Shown one piece after another: positions 37,355 to 47,701 of a DNA stretch of 64,000 nucleotides. Under the pieces are notes generated by a model. That model ran no database searches. It was given only the letters and a program-made list of their open reading frames with translations, and was not told the origin of the DNA. The translations under genes and the position numbers were made by a program. Source of the DNA: an uncultured Aquabacterium sp. (GTDB lineage: Bacteria > Pseudomonadota > Gammaproteobacteria > Burkholderiales > Burkholderiaceae_C). Within the stretch, counting starts at the first letter, position 1. The number at the start of each line of letters is the position of its first letter. The stretch is from NCBI RefSeq assembly GCF_947366995.1, contig NZ_CANBCC010000008.1, positions 10,189 through 74,188 of the forward strand. Direction: 5' to 3'.

Positions 37355-38527
37355 ATGCTCAGAGACGATCGAAAAGCTTCTCTCCAAGACATTGAACGCA
37401 TGTCTGCGCGGGCGGAAGTGGCCCTTGAAAAAATCCGCGGCACGCTGTTGAGCCCCGATGCGCGCAAGAGCGCGCCGGTGTTCTCCATCAGTCAACTGGA
37501 GCACTTCACCGGCGCCGACCGCAACAAGATCAACTACGCGGCCCGCAAGGGCGAGCTGCCCGAGGGCACGATGCCCGATGGCGGCGGCCGTCGCACCTGG
37601 ACCACCGAGGAACTCCAGAAGTGGACACGGCACTTCCGGGCAGATCGACTGCGCCCGGAAGGCCTAGCCGGCATCACGATCTCGGTCGCGAACTTCAAGG
37701 GCGGCGTCACGAAAACGACCACTGCGGCCACCTTGGCCCAGGGGCTGAGCCTGCGCGGGCACAAGGTGTTGCTGGTCGACGTGGATCCCCAGGCTTCGTT
37801 GACCACGCTTTTTGGCCTGCTGCCGGGCGTCGAGATCGATGAGGAACACACGCTCTCGCCCCTGTTCAGCGGGGACGCGACCGACGCACGCTATGCCGTG
37901 CGCAAGACCTATTGGCCGGACCTGGATCTGATTCCGGCGATGACGCGGCTGTACGCTGCCGAGTTCAAGCTGCCTGCGCGCCAGAAGGACAACGCGGACT
38001 TCGAATTCTGGAAGGTGCTGGACCTCGGGCTCGACCCCTTGCGCGACGAGTACGACGTCATCGTCATCGACACCCCCCCTTCCCTTTCCTACACAACGAT
38101 CAACGCCGTGATGGCATCGGACGGACTGGTGGTCCCCGTGCCGCCCAGCACGCTGGATTTCGCCTCGCTGAGCCAATTCTGGAGTCTGTATCTGGACATT
38201 GCGCACAGCCTGAGCGAGTTGCGGGGTGACGCCAAGAAGTTCGAGTTCGTCAACATCCTGGCTTCGCGCGTCGACGCCAATGATGCGTCGAGTCGCATCG
38301 TGCGGGGGTGGCTGCGCGAGGTGTACGCCGAGCGGGTCCTGGCGACTGAAATCCCGCGGACCTCGATTGCTGGCACGGCGGCGGTCGGTTTTGGCACAGT
38401 CTATGACCTACCGAAGAGCGCTGCCAGCGCTGGCACGTATGCCCGCGCATTCGACGCCTATGAGGCATTCATCGATGAAGTCGACGCCCAATTGCAAAGT
38501 GTGTGGGCCGGTTGGAGGGACGAATGA
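37355..38527 (+). CDS. parA: ParA type Ia partition ATPase with N-terminal HTH
   Basis: NFKGGVTKTT, VDVDPQASLT, IVIDTPP. Confidence 0.93.
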   Translation: MLRDDRKASLQDIERMSARAEVALEKIRGTLLSPDARKSAPVFSISQLEHFTGADRNKINYAARKGELPEGTMPDGGGRRTWTTEELQKWTRHFRADRLRPEGLAGITISVANFKGGVTKTTTAATLAQGLSLRGHKVLLVDVDPQASLTTLFGLLPGVEIDEEHTLSPLFSGDATDARYAVRKTYWPDLDLIPAMTRLYAAEFKLPARQKDNADFEFWKVLDLGLDPLRDEYDVIVIDTPPSLSYTTINAVMASDGLVVPVPPSTLDFASLSQFWSLYLDIAHSLSELRGDAKKFEFVNILASRVDANDASSRIVRGWLREVYAERVLATEIPRTSIAGTAAVGFGTVYDLPKSAASAGTYARAFDAYEAFIDEVDAQLQSVWAGWRDE

Positions 38528-39591
38528 GCACGAAACGAGGAAACCGCCCGACCGACATCGGGGCGATGCTGTCGCTCGGCAACCTGGACGCGGCCGTGAC
38601 GGCACGCTCCACACCGGCCACGGAAAGCCGGCCGCGAACCGCCGCCGGTGAGTTGCTCGCAGAACGCCGCAGTGGACTGGAGTCGGAGAACGCAAGGCTG
38701 AGGGCGCAGGTTGGCGATCTCCAGTCGGAAGTGCAGAAATGGTCTGACTCGCTGCCGGTGCTGGCTTTGGATCCGGACCTGGTCGAGCACAGTCGGTTCG
38801 CCAACCGCATCGCCGAGAGCTTTGACACACCCGAGTTCCGCGAGTTCAAGGCCGAGATCCAGGCGGCCGGTGGCAACGTGCAACCGATCAAGGTCGTGCC
38901 GATCCCTGGGACCGAGCCGCTTCGCTACTCCATCGTGTATGGCCATCGCCGGCATCGAGCGTGTCTGGAACTGGGCATCAAGGTCAACGCCATCGTCGAG
39001 AACCTGAGCGAGCGCGGCCAGTTCATCGAGATGGAGCGCGAGAACCGCGGGCGACGGGATCTCTCTGCCTACGAACAAGGGCTGTGGTATCTGCGCGCCT
39101 GTTCGCCCGTGATCCCGGCGGAGAAGGGCGGCCAGACCGGCTGGGCGCTGTTCGGCAACATGTCGGAGATGGCCGAAGCACTGGGGGTGGACAAGGGCAA
39201 CGTTTCGAAGGCCTGTCAGATCGCCGAGCTGCCGGATGCGGTGCTCGCGGCTTTTGGCCGCCCGACTGAGATCCAGTTCAACTGGGCGACCGCGCTGACG
39301 CGGGCCCGCAAGCTCGATCTGCCCGGCCTGTTGAGCCGCGCGGCCGATGTGCGTCGTCGCCGGGAAGCCGGCGAGTTGCTGTCTGCGAAGACGGTCTATG
39401 CGTTGCTGACGTCGCCCGCGCAGGTGGCGGTGGAGCAGGGCGCCGAGGTCGAGTTGACCCAGGCGGACGGTACACGGTTTGCGCGCTTGCTGCGCGACAA
39501 GAAAGGTCGCACCGTGGTGGAGTTCGATGCGCCACTGTCTTCTGCGGACACTGACAAGCTGGTGGAAGGGCTGGTGGAACTGTTCAAGTGA
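38524..39591 (+). CDS. parB: ParB/RepB/Spo0J partition protein
   Basis: GNVQPI.V, YGHRRHRAC (GxxR), EN..R.DLS.YE, central HTH; 4-nt overlap with parA. Confidence 0.92.
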   Translation: MSTKRGNRPTDIGAMLSLGNLDAAVTARSTPATESRPRTAAGELLAERRSGLESENARLRAQVGDLQSEVQKWSDSLPVLALDPDLVEHSRFANRIAESFDTPEFREFKAEIQAAGGNVQPIKVVPIPGTEPLRYSIVYGHRRHRACLELGIKVNAIVENLSERGQFIEMERENRGRRDLSAYEQGLWYLRACSPVIPAEKGGQTGWALFGNMSEMAEALGVDKGNVSKACQIAELPDAVLAAFGRPTEIQFNWATALTRARKLDLPGLLSRAADVRRRREAGELLSAKTVYALLTSPAQVAVEQGAEVELTQADGTRFARLLRDKKGRTVVEFDAPLSSADTDKLVEGLVELFK

Positions 39592-39611
39592 GCCAGCGCA
39601 AGTTCCCCACG

Positions 39612-39634
39612 AGCCGCCCAAGGGCGGCTTTTTT
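39612..39634 (+). terminator. Rho-independent terminator of parAB
   Basis: AGCCGCC-CAAG-GGCGGCT followed by a T run. Confidence 0.85.
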
Positions 39635-39640
39635 CTTCTG

Positions 39641-39738
39641 GTTGTACGGTACAACTCTGCGAAGTGGCTGGACTGGGAGTTGTACCGTACAACAGCGCCC
39701 CGTGCCGAAACCGGCTGCCTGCTGTTGTACCGTACAAC
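39641..39738. repeat. Three 15-bp quasi-palindromes GTTGTAC(C/G)GTACAAC, putative parS centromere
   Basis: Copies at 39641-39655, 39679-39693 and 39724-39738, directly downstream of parB. Confidence 0.78.
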
Positions 39739-39739
39739 T

Positions 39740-41968
39740 TCAACGTCGCTTCATCTTGTTGAGTTCTTGAACCAACAGCTTGCGCTCGGTGTTCAAGTAA
39801 ACAGAGGTCGTCTGCAGACTCGCGTGACCCATCGCGTTCATCAAAGCGGCCGGGCTCACGTTGTCTGCCGCTGCCGAGTTGGCGAAGAAGTGCCTCAACC
39901 AATGTGTCGATGCGTGTCGCAAGGCTGCTGTATCCAGTGCGACCCCGTTTTCTTCGGCCAGGTCTGCACACCGATGAAAGAAGCGCTTGAGGGCCTGATG
40001 GAGCGCCGTGGGATCCAGTGACCCGAAGCGGTCTGCGTTTTGCGGTTCAGTGCGATCCAGAACGGGCAGGCCACGCGCATCCAGCTTCCAGCGCGGTGGT
40101 GCCTTCCGCAACGCGCCCACCAGGGGCAGGCCGTCGTCGGCATCCGGACCAGCGTGCACAGTGGCGGAGCCGCCAGGGGAGGGCGCTGCCTCCGGCGCCC
40201 ACAGCGTACGAACACGCGGATTGCGCGCATCGAACGCGGTTTCGGCGGCCTTCATGTCGGCGTGGTGCTGGTCCAGCAAGGCCTTGATGTCGTCGTGCAG
40301 CAGCGCTTCCCGGTTGCGACTGCCTTTGCCGGCGATGCGAAGGAACCAGAATGCCTGGCCATCCACCTCTTGCTGAAACAGCGCACCCCGACGGGTCGTG
40401 ACCAACTCGATCAGCCGCAGCCCCGTTGTGGCGCCGATCTCCAGCACGAGCCGGGTTCTCCGTAACGAAGCCGCTCGGGCGAAAGCCTGATCGGGATGAA
40501 CTGCGTCGGGGAGAAGCCGTGGCGTGCCACCGTCCTCCGCCGCTGGGCCGACAGCCGCGTACAGCTCGGACCAGCAACGCATCAGCCACTGCCATTGCTC
40601 GTCGGAGAAGCTGCGCGCAATGTCGATGCGGAAGTGCGGCAGCTTCATGCTCGGCAGCACGCCGCGGGCCCCATTGGCGCTCAGGTAGCCGGCCTCCACC
40701 AGTGCCGTCAACATCGCCGAGATGACCGAGAAGTTCAGCTTTTGGCTCGACAGACTCAATGGTCGCTTCAATGGCCGCCATTCGCTGCTGTGGCGATCCA
40801 CTTTCGCACGTTGGACCCAGTCCGCCGGCGGCGCTGCCAGAAAGGCACGGTACGCCTGGAAGTCAGGCTCAGTCAGGGATGACATCGGCTTGCGCCGCAC
40901 CCAGACGCACCACAGGTAGAAGCGCTCTGCGATGCGGCTGTAGCTGGCATGCGTCCGCGGCGAGGCGGCGTGCCCCTGCAGCCAGGCGTGGATGGCTTCC
41001 AGATCTGTGTGAACCCCGAGCACATTTGGCGTGGTGTTGCGAAACAGACCGGTACGTCCGTCGAGGCCTTCAGGCACCGCCAGCCGGTCCAGCGGGACCA
41101 GCCCGTAATGCCGAACGGACGCGGGAGCCAGCAGACCCCGCTCACTGCCTCTGCGTAGCGCTCGCAATGCGAAAGGCTTGAGCGCCTCATCGTGCAGCGG
41201 CCGGCCCATCTCGGCGGCCAAGGGCGCCAGCCACCCCACCAGCCGTTCAGCACGCACCCGGCCCAGGCGTGGCACGCGGGTCCACCACCGATGCTGCCGG
41301 AGGTTGATGAAGTCGATGAGGTCTCCCAAGGTCAGCAAGGGCAGGGCGCGACCGTCCACTTCCGTGCGCTGGAGCTGCGCGGCCAGGCCCGGGCTCAACC
41401 ACGCCGTGAGGGAGTCAGTGAGGGCTGGGGGGCGTGCCAGCTCACCAGCCAGCCGATTGAGCGATTCAAGTTGCAGCCGCGCTGCCTGCGTCTCTTCTGA
41501 GCAGGAGAGGGTGGTGGCCGGCATGGGCGCACTCGGCTGATCGAGTCCATGCTCCGCTTCGTACTCGGCAAGCCACTCCGCCTGGCTCTGGAAATCGACA
41601 TCCAGGCCGAGCGCTTCGCACTGTTGGGCGATCCATTCGTCCAACGAGGGCAGGGCGGAGAGGCAAGGCGGGGCTGCCGTACCCCGCCCATTTGGGGACA
41701 GCGCCCGTCCGGCCTCAACGCCAAGGCCGCGTTGCTCTGCCGCCAGATGGATCTGGCGGGTCAGGCGATCAAAACGATGCTGGAAATGCCGCTCATCGTC
41801 TGGCCCGCCTTCGAACGCCAGGTACAAGGTCCAGGCCTTGCGCAGTGAGATGCCCTCGAGCACGGCGCGGACAAAGCTGAAGTGGTGGTGTCGCAGCTCG
41901 GCGGCTGCGATCTGCATCTTCTGTCCCGCGGGACGTCCTCGTCGGCGGGGTTTCAGGGTGTCACCCAC
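39740..41968 (-). CDS. Large tyrosine recombinase (phage integrase family) with long N-terminal extension
   Basis: TGLRLIEL, GKG.R.R, HWLRH, GHASLQTTSVY: catalytic R-K-H-R-H-Y set. Confidence 0.88.
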   Translation of the reverse strand: MGDTLKPRRRGRPAGQKMQIAAAELRHHHFSFVRAVLEGISLRKAWTLYLAFEGGPDDERHFQHRFDRLTRQIHLAAEQRGLGVEAGRALSPNGRGTAAPPCLSALPSLDEWIAQQCEALGLDVDFQSQAEWLAEYEAEHGLDQPSAPMPATTLSCSEETQAARLQLESLNRLAGELARPPALTDSLTAWLSPGLAAQLQRTEVDGRALPLLTLGDLIDFINLRQHRWWTRVPRLGRVRAERLVGWLAPLAAEMGRPLHDEALKPFALRALRRGSERGLLAPASVRHYGLVPLDRLAVPEGLDGRTGLFRNTTPNVLGVHTDLEAIHAWLQGHAASPRTHASYSRIAERFYLWCVWVRRKPMSSLTEPDFQAYRAFLAAPPADWVQRAKVDRHSSEWRPLKRPLSLSSQKLNFSVISAMLTALVEAGYLSANGARGVLPSMKLPHFRIDIARSFSDEQWQWLMRCWSELYAAVGPAAEDGGTPRLLPDAVHPDQAFARAASLRRTRLVLEIGATTGLRLIELVTTRRGALFQQEVDGQAFWFLRIAGKGSRNREALLHDDIKALLDQHHADMKAAETAFDARNPRVRTLWAPEAAPSPGGSATVHAGPDADDGLPLVGALRKAPPRWKLDARGLPVLDRTEPQNADRFGSLDPTALHQALKRFFHRCADLAEENGVALDTAALRHASTHWLRHFFANSAAADNVSPAALMNAMGHASLQTTSVYLNTERKLLVQELNKMKRR

Positions 41969-42281
41969 CTTAATACCTCAAGATATTCGGACAACGCGCA
42001 GCAGGCCGGTTCCCCGCTCGCCTGCTCGATTTTCGCCCTTTCTGGGGCCCACCCCCTGGTTCACTTGTTTTAGGGCCACAGACGTCGTCCTGCGCGGTCA
42101 CATTGTTCATTAATGCTGTCCCCGGGCGTGGTCCGCTTTGGTTCCTTGGATTCGTTCTGCTTGTCTATTTGGAACGTCGACGATTCCGTTCCGCGCGAAT
42201 CCTCTTCACGATTCCGTCTTTCCTTCATTTTAAAACACACACGAATAAGGAAGTTAATCCATGTGTCACTCGGCAAAGGAA

Positions 42282-42310
42282 ATGCGGCGTCCGGCTGGCC
42301 GACGCCGCAT
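42282..42310. terminator. Hairpin terminator downstream of katE (T runs on both sides)
   Basis: ATGCGGCGTC...GACGCCGCAT stem. Confidence 0.7.
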
Positions 42311-42424
42311 CTTTTGAGCCAAGGCGATGAACAGCCTCGCCCCTTCCTGGCACTCCATCACTCCGGAAAGCGTCAATTGGCCTTGCTCGCGCTCCGCAGT
42401 GCGAGGCCCGGTAGGCCAGCTGCT

Positions 42425-44875
42425 TCACACCATCGGCGGATCGGTTTCCCGCTGGAAGTGGCGGTGCAGCGCGACGGCCTGAATGAAGGCTTGTGCCCCG
42501 CTGTCCGCAGCGTTGGCCAGCACGATGCCCGGGTCCGAGACCTCACTGGCCGTGGCGGTGGGAATGCCGGCCGCCTGCAGCAGTTGCAGCCCGCTGCCCA
42601 GCACCAGGATGGCCTTGCAGTGGCGGTACTGGTCGCGGATGTGCTCGGCGGCATGGCCGTCGCGCAACAGGGCCTTTACGGCTGTCTCGCCATCTGGCAG
42701 CACCAGAGCGTCGAACAGGAAACCCGGCTCATTCTCAAGAGAGACATCGGCCTGCAGCTCCACACCGTCGGCTGTCTGCACCGGCCCGATGCGTGGCGCG
42801 GCGATGCGCGGCACCGCGCCCTGCTCGAACAGCGCAGCATGCACCGCCAGCAGCGACTCGCCCATGACGCCGTCGGCAGCCATGAGCATGATCTTGCGGC
42901 CGGCGATGGAGCCGTTGCCCGGCCGCGCGAACAGCGACAGCGCGGCCGACACATTGACTTCCGGCTTGGGCGAGCGTGACAGCGCCTTTGGCATCGGGTC
43001 GGGCACCGGCATGTTGAGCCCGACCGCCACCCGGGTAGCGAGGTCTTCCGAGGCATTGCGCAGCATCGCCAGCGTGCGCTCGCGGATGGCCGGCACGGTG
43101 ACCTTGCTCAGCTCGAAGCGGAAGGCAGCGGCGATGTGGTTCTTCTCCACCGGCGACTGGCTCTCGTAGAACAGCCGGGCCTGGTTGTAATGCTCGGCAA
43201 ACAGCTCTGGCTTGGCGCGCACCTTGGCCGAGTCCTCCCGGTTGCGCAGCCGCGCCGCAACGGACACGAAGCCCTGCTCCGCCGCGCCGGCCTGGAAGGG
43301 GCATCCGCCCGCCAGCGAGTTGGGCTCGTAGGACACTCGGCCACGGTGAATGGCCTGGCGGTGCAAACCGTCGCGCTGGTTGTTGTGCACCGGCGCGATG
43401 GGCGAGTTGATCGGAATCTCGTGAAAGTTGGGGCCGCCCAGCCGGGTGATCTGCGTGTCCACATAGGAATGGATGCGGCCGGCCAGCAGCGGATCGTTGG
43501 TGAAGTCCAGCCCCGGGATGATGTGGGCGGTGCAGAACGCGACCTGCTCGGTCTCGGCGAAGAAGTTGTCCGGGTTGCGGTTGAGCACCATGCGGCCAAT
43601 GGGGCGCACGGGCACCAGTTCCTCGGGCACGATCTTGGTGGCGTCCAGGATGTCGAAGCTGAACTTGGCGGCTTCGTCCTCGGTGAACACCTGGATGCCG
43701 AGCTCGTACTCCGGGTAGGCGCCGCTCTCGATGCGCTCCCACAGGTCGCGGCGGTGGTAGTCGGGGTCGGCACCAGAGATCTTCACGGCCTCGTCCCAGG
43801 TCAGCGAATGCGTGCCGGCTTTGGGCGTCCAGTGGAACTTGACCAGCACCGACTCTCCCGCGGCATTGACCAGCCGGAAGGTGTGCACACCAAAGCCCTG
43901 CATGGTGGCGTAGCTGCGCGGGATGGCGCGGTCGCTCATGACCCACATCAGCATGTGGGTGGATTCGGGCATCAGCGACACGAAGTCCCAGAAGGTGTCG
44001 TGGGCGCTTGCGGCCTGCGGCATCTGGTGGTGCGGCTCGGGTTTGACGGCGTGAACGAGGTCGGGGAACTTCATCGCGTCCTGGATGAAGAACACCGGGA
44101 TGTTGTTGCCCACCAGGTCCCAGTTGCCCTCGTCGGTGTAGAACTTGACGGCAAAGCCGCGCACGTCGCGCGCGGTGTCCTTGCTGCCGCGCTCTCCCTG
44201 CACGGTTGAGAAGCGCACGAACACGGGCGTGCGCTTTCCGGCGGCCTTGAACGGCGCGGCCATCGTCAGCGCGCTGAGGTCCTCGTAGGCCTCGAAGTAG
44301 CCGTGCGCCGCCGAACCGCGAGCGTGCACGATGCGCTCAGGAATGCGCTCGTGGTCAAAGTGGGTGATCTTCTCGCGGAGGATGAAGTCCTCCAGCAGCA
44401 CCGGGCCGCGCGTGCCCGCTTTGAGCGAGTTCTGGTTGTCCGCCACACGCACGCCCTGATTGGTGGTGAGCACCTGGCCGGCGGAATCGACCCGCACGCG
44501 GTCCAGCGGGGCAATGGTGGCGTTGACGCCCTCGGGCGCCTGCGTGCCGACCTTCGCGCCGGTGTTTACCTCGGACAGGGTGCCGCTCGTGACGAGCCTC
44601 GACGGCGGCGTCACGTGCTGGCCTGTGGCCGGTGCCGTGCCCGGTACGGCGCCATACTCGCCACCCTTGGTGGCGTTGTAGGGCATGGAAGCCGCCGTCG
44701 CCTGCACATGCTCCATGCGCTGGGCCGCCGGGTCGCCGTCCGGAGCAGGCGTCGCGTACGACGGTCCGCTGTCGGTGTTCCGGGCGGCGGCCTTGGCCGC
44801 GACGGACTTCTTCGCAGGGGGAGATGACTTTGCAGCGTTCTTTGCTGCCGCGGGATTCGGTGGCGTCTTGGGCAT
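42425..44875 (-). CDS. katE: Large-subunit catalase HPII with C-terminal DJ-1-like domain
   Basis: [42 protein letters not shown]. Confidence 0.95.
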   Translation of the reverse strand: MPKTPPNPAAAKNAAKSSPPAKKSVAAKAAARNTDSGPSYATPAPDGDPAAQRMEHVQATAASMPYNATKGGEYGAVPGTAPATGQHVTPPSRLVTSGTLSEVNTGAKVGTQAPEGVNATIAPLDRVRVDSAGQVLTTNQGVRVADNQNSLKAGTRGPVLLEDFILREKITHFDHERIPERIVHARGSAAHGYFEAYEDLSALTMAAPFKAAGKRTPVFVRFSTVQGERGSKDTARDVRGFAVKFYTDEGNWDLVGNNIPVFFIQDAMKFPDLVHAVKPEPHHQMPQAASAHDTFWDFVSLMPESTHMLMWVMSDRAIPRSYATMQGFGVHTFRLVNAAGESVLVKFHWTPKAGTHSLTWDEAVKISGADPDYHRRDLWERIESGAYPEYELGIQVFTEDEAAKFSFDILDATKIVPEELVPVRPIGRMVLNRNPDNFFAETEQVAFCTAHIIPGLDFTNDPLLAGRIHSYVDTQITRLGGPNFHEIPINSPIAPVHNNQRDGLHRQAIHRGRVSYEPNSLAGGCPFQAGAAEQGFVSVAARLRNREDSAKVRAKPELFAEHYNQARLFYESQSPVEKNHIAAAFRFELSKVTVPAIRERTLAMLRNASEDLATRVAVGLNMPVPDPMPKALSRSPKPEVNVSAALSLFARPGNGSIAGRKIMLMAADGVMGESLLAVHAALFEQGAVPRIAAPRIGPVQTADGVELQADVSLENEPGFLFDALVLPDGETAVKALLRDGHAAEHIRDQYRHCKAILVLGSGLQLLQAAGIPTATASEVSDPGIVLANAADSGAQAFIQAVALHRHFQRETDPPMV

Positions 44876-44995
44876 GGGCGTCCTGTGTGAGTGAGGTGGA
44901 CAAGCCCGCCTGCCGGCAATCACCGTGCCCGCTCGTGCTGCAGCAGGCCGGCATGCAGTCCAGCGGTGAACGAGGCTCTGTGCAGAGCCGTCGGG

Positions 44996-46204
44996 TCACT
45001 TCCGGACGAGTCGCAATGCGGCCAGGCCCAGAAGCAGCGGCACGAAGGACACCCACAGCACGGTGTTCCAGCCGTATGCCGCCAGCAGCCCACCGGACGA
45101 CAGCGAGCCGATCGCCATGACCCCGAAGACCGTGAAGTCGTTGATCGACTGCACGCGGGTGGCTTCTTCCGGCGTATGGCACTCGAGCACCAGTGCAGAA
45201 GCGCCCAGGAAGCCGAGGTTCCATCCCAGGCCGAGCAGGACCAGCGCGCCCCAGAAGTGGGCGACTTCCATGTCATGCAGCGCGACCATCGAAGACAGGC
45301 CGATCAGGGCGAGCCCGGCCATGGCGACGCGCGGGGCGCCGTAGCGCGCAATCAGCCGCCCGGTGAAGAAGCTGGGCGCGTACATCGCGATCACATGCCA
45401 TTGCAGGCCGGTGTTCGAGGCAGAACGGGGCAGGCCACACAAGTGCATGGCCAGGGGAGCCGCCGTCATCAGGAAGTTCATCAGCAGGTAGGAGACGGCC
45501 CCGATCACCACCGCCGACACGAACTTGGGCTGCGCGATGATGTCGCGAACCGGTCGACCGCCTGCGATCGTGTGCTGTGTGGGGAGAGGCAGCTGCACGC
45601 CCAGCAACAAAAGCGCAGACACGGCCGCCACGCCCGCCTGGCAGAGGAAGGTGGCAGCAAACGTGTGCAATGGCCACAGATCCATCGTGCTGTTGACGAG
45701 TTGCGGCCCCACCATGCCGGCCGCCACACCGCCGCCCATCACCAGCGACAGCGCGCGGGGACGCCGCTCGGGGGCCACGCCGTCGGCCGCGGCAAACCGG
45801 AACGACAACACGACGGCCGCGTACGCGCCGCCGAGGAACATGGCCAGGCAGAACAGCCAGAAGTGGTTCGTGAATACCGCGAGCATCGCGACCAGGCCGG
45901 CCAGCGTGCCCGCCGCGGTGCCTGCGAGGAAGGCGGTGCGCCGGCCATGACGTCGCGCCACGGCGCCCACGGGAAAGATGCAGGCCGCCATGCCGATCAC
46001 GAAGATGGAGACGGGCAGGGTGGCCAGCCACGGCGAGGGCGCCAGACCGTGGCCGATGATGGCGCCGGTGGCGTAGGCCACGACCGAGTTGGCACCGGCC
46101 AGGGCCTGGGCCACTGTCAGGCGCCAGATGTTGCCGCGTTGAACGGACTCGGGCAGAAGAAGCGGTGCGGTGGGCGCGATGGCAGCAGTCGGTGTCTGGC
46201 TCAT
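44996..46204 (-). CDS. MFS transporter
   Basis: 12 hydrophobic segments, FRFAAAD, QWHVIAMYAPSFFTGRLI. Confidence 0.85.
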   Translation of the reverse strand: MSQTPTAAIAPTAPLLLPESVQRGNIWRLTVAQALAGANSVVAYATGAIIGHGLAPSPWLATLPVSIFVIGMAACIFPVGAVARRHGRRTAFLAGTAAGTLAGLVAMLAVFTNHFWLFCLAMFLGGAYAAVVLSFRFAAADGVAPERRPRALSLVMGGGVAAGMVGPQLVNSTMDLWPLHTFAATFLCQAGVAAVSALLLLGVQLPLPTQHTIAGGRPVRDIIAQPKFVSAVVIGAVSYLLMNFLMTAAPLAMHLCGLPRSASNTGLQWHVIAMYAPSFFTGRLIARYGAPRVAMAGLALIGLSSMVALHDMEVAHFWGALVLLGLGWNLGFLGASALVLECHTPEEATRVQSINDFTVFGVMAIGSLSSGGLLAAYGWNTVLWVSFVPLLLGLAALRLVRK

Positions 46205-46297
46205 GAACGGGGCGCTGAGGCGCTGGAGGACGAACGGGAGGGTGTGTGCAGCGTACCGCCGCCAGGGGATGGTCGCATGCGCAATGCCGCCTGCCGC

Positions 46298-47701
46298 TCA
46301 AATGAGCGCAGCCAGGGTCTCGATGGCGCGCGCCACCCGCCCGTCGTCAGGATGGCCTGCATTGAGCCTGAGGGCGTGCCGAAAGCGATGGTCCGCCGAG
46401 AACAGCGGGCCGGGCGCGAGGCTGATGCCGTGCTCCAGCGCGCGTTGATGCAGCCGGAGGGTGTCCGTGCCGGCCGGCAGCACGACCCACAGAAAGTAGC
46501 CGCCCTGCGGATCCGACACGGTCGTGCCCGGAGGGAAGTGGCGCAGCACCCAACGCCGCATCATGCCCATGTGCTGCGCCAGCTGAAGGCGCAGGCGTCG
46601 CAGGTGACTGTCGAGGCCGCCCTGTTCCATGTAGTCGGCGAGGGCAAGCTGCGAAGGCACGGGCGCACCCAGTGACCCCATCATTTTCAAACGCAGCACC
46701 GTGGATGTGTGGCGCCCAGCCGCAGCCCAGCCGATGCGATAGCCCGGCGCCAGGCATTTCGAGAACGAACTGCAGTGCAGAACCAGCCCCTCGCGGTCGA
46801 AGGCCTTGAGCGGGTGAGGCCGCGTGGCGCCATGAAAGAGTTCGCCGTACACGTCGTCCTCGATGATGGGCACACCCTCCGCAGTCAGCATCTCGACGAT
46901 GGCCTGGCGACGCGAGGTCGGCATCAAGGCACCGAGCGGGTTCTGAAAGCTCGGCATGATCCAGCACGCTGCCGGGCGATGTCGCGCGATCACCTCGGCG
47001 AGGCCATCGGGGTCCATGCCGAGCTGTGGGTCGGTCGGCACTTCGACCGCGCGCAGATGCAGCCGCTCCAATGCCTGGAGGGCCGCATAGAAAGTGGGGC
47101 TTTCCACCGCCACGACGTCGCCCGGCCGTGTCACCGCCTGCAGGCACAGGTTGAGAGCTTCCATCGCGCCGTTGGTGATCACCGGTTCTTCGGCGTTCAG
47201 CGTGATGCCGTGCCGTGCATAGCGTGCGCGCAGCGCATGGCGCAGTCGGTCGTTGCCCGCTGTGAGCTCGGCCGTCAAGGCCGCCGGTGCCAGATGACGC
47301 ATGGCGCGGGCGCCGCTACGGGCCAGCTTGTCCAGCGGAAACAGGGTGGGGGAGGGGAAGGCCGATCCGAGCGGCACGACCTCGGCATTGCGCGTGGACC
47401 GCAGGACGTCGAAGACCAGTTCGGAGACGGACACCTCGGTGCTGCCCTGAGCGACCGCCGCCGGTCCTTGCACGCCGGTCTGGACGGCCCGTTGCGCACA
47501 GACGTAGTAGCCCGAGCGCGGTCTCGCTTCGATCAGCCCACGTGATTCGAGCAGGTAGTAGGCCTGGAAGACGGTGGACGGACTGAGGTGGGTGTTCTGG
47601 CAGGCCTGGCGCACCGAGGGCAGCTTCTCGCCGGGCCGCAGTTGCCCCTCGCGAATGCGCAAGGTGATGGCCTCCGCGAGTTCCTCGTAACGCGTGCCCA
47701 T
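46298..47701 (-). CDS. MocR/GabR family regulator (GntR HTH plus PLP aminotransferase domain)
   Basis: GEKLPSVR, VESPTFY, FQNPLG, IIEDDVYGEL, SFSKCLAPG.RIGW. Confidence 0.9.
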   Translation of the reverse strand: MGTRYEELAEAITLRIREGQLRPGEKLPSVRQACQNTHLSPSTVFQAYYLLESRGLIEARPRSGYYVCAQRAVQTGVQGPAAVAQGSTEVSVSELVFDVLRSTRNAEVVPLGSAFPSPTLFPLDKLARSGARAMRHLAPAALTAELTAGNDRLRHALRARYARHGITLNAEEPVITNGAMEALNLCLQAVTRPGDVVAVESPTFYAALQALERLHLRAVEVPTDPQLGMDPDGLAEVIARHRPAACWIMPSFQNPLGALMPTSRRQAIVEMLTAEGVPIIEDDVYGELFHGATRPHPLKAFDREGLVLHCSSFSKCLAPGYRIGWAAAGRHTSTVLRLKMMGSLGAPVPSQLALADYMEQGGLDSHLRRLRLQLAQHMGMMRRWVLRHFPPGTTVSDPQGGYFLWVVLPAGTDTLRLHQRALEHGISLAPGPLFSADHRFRHALRLNAGHPDDGRVARAIETLAALI

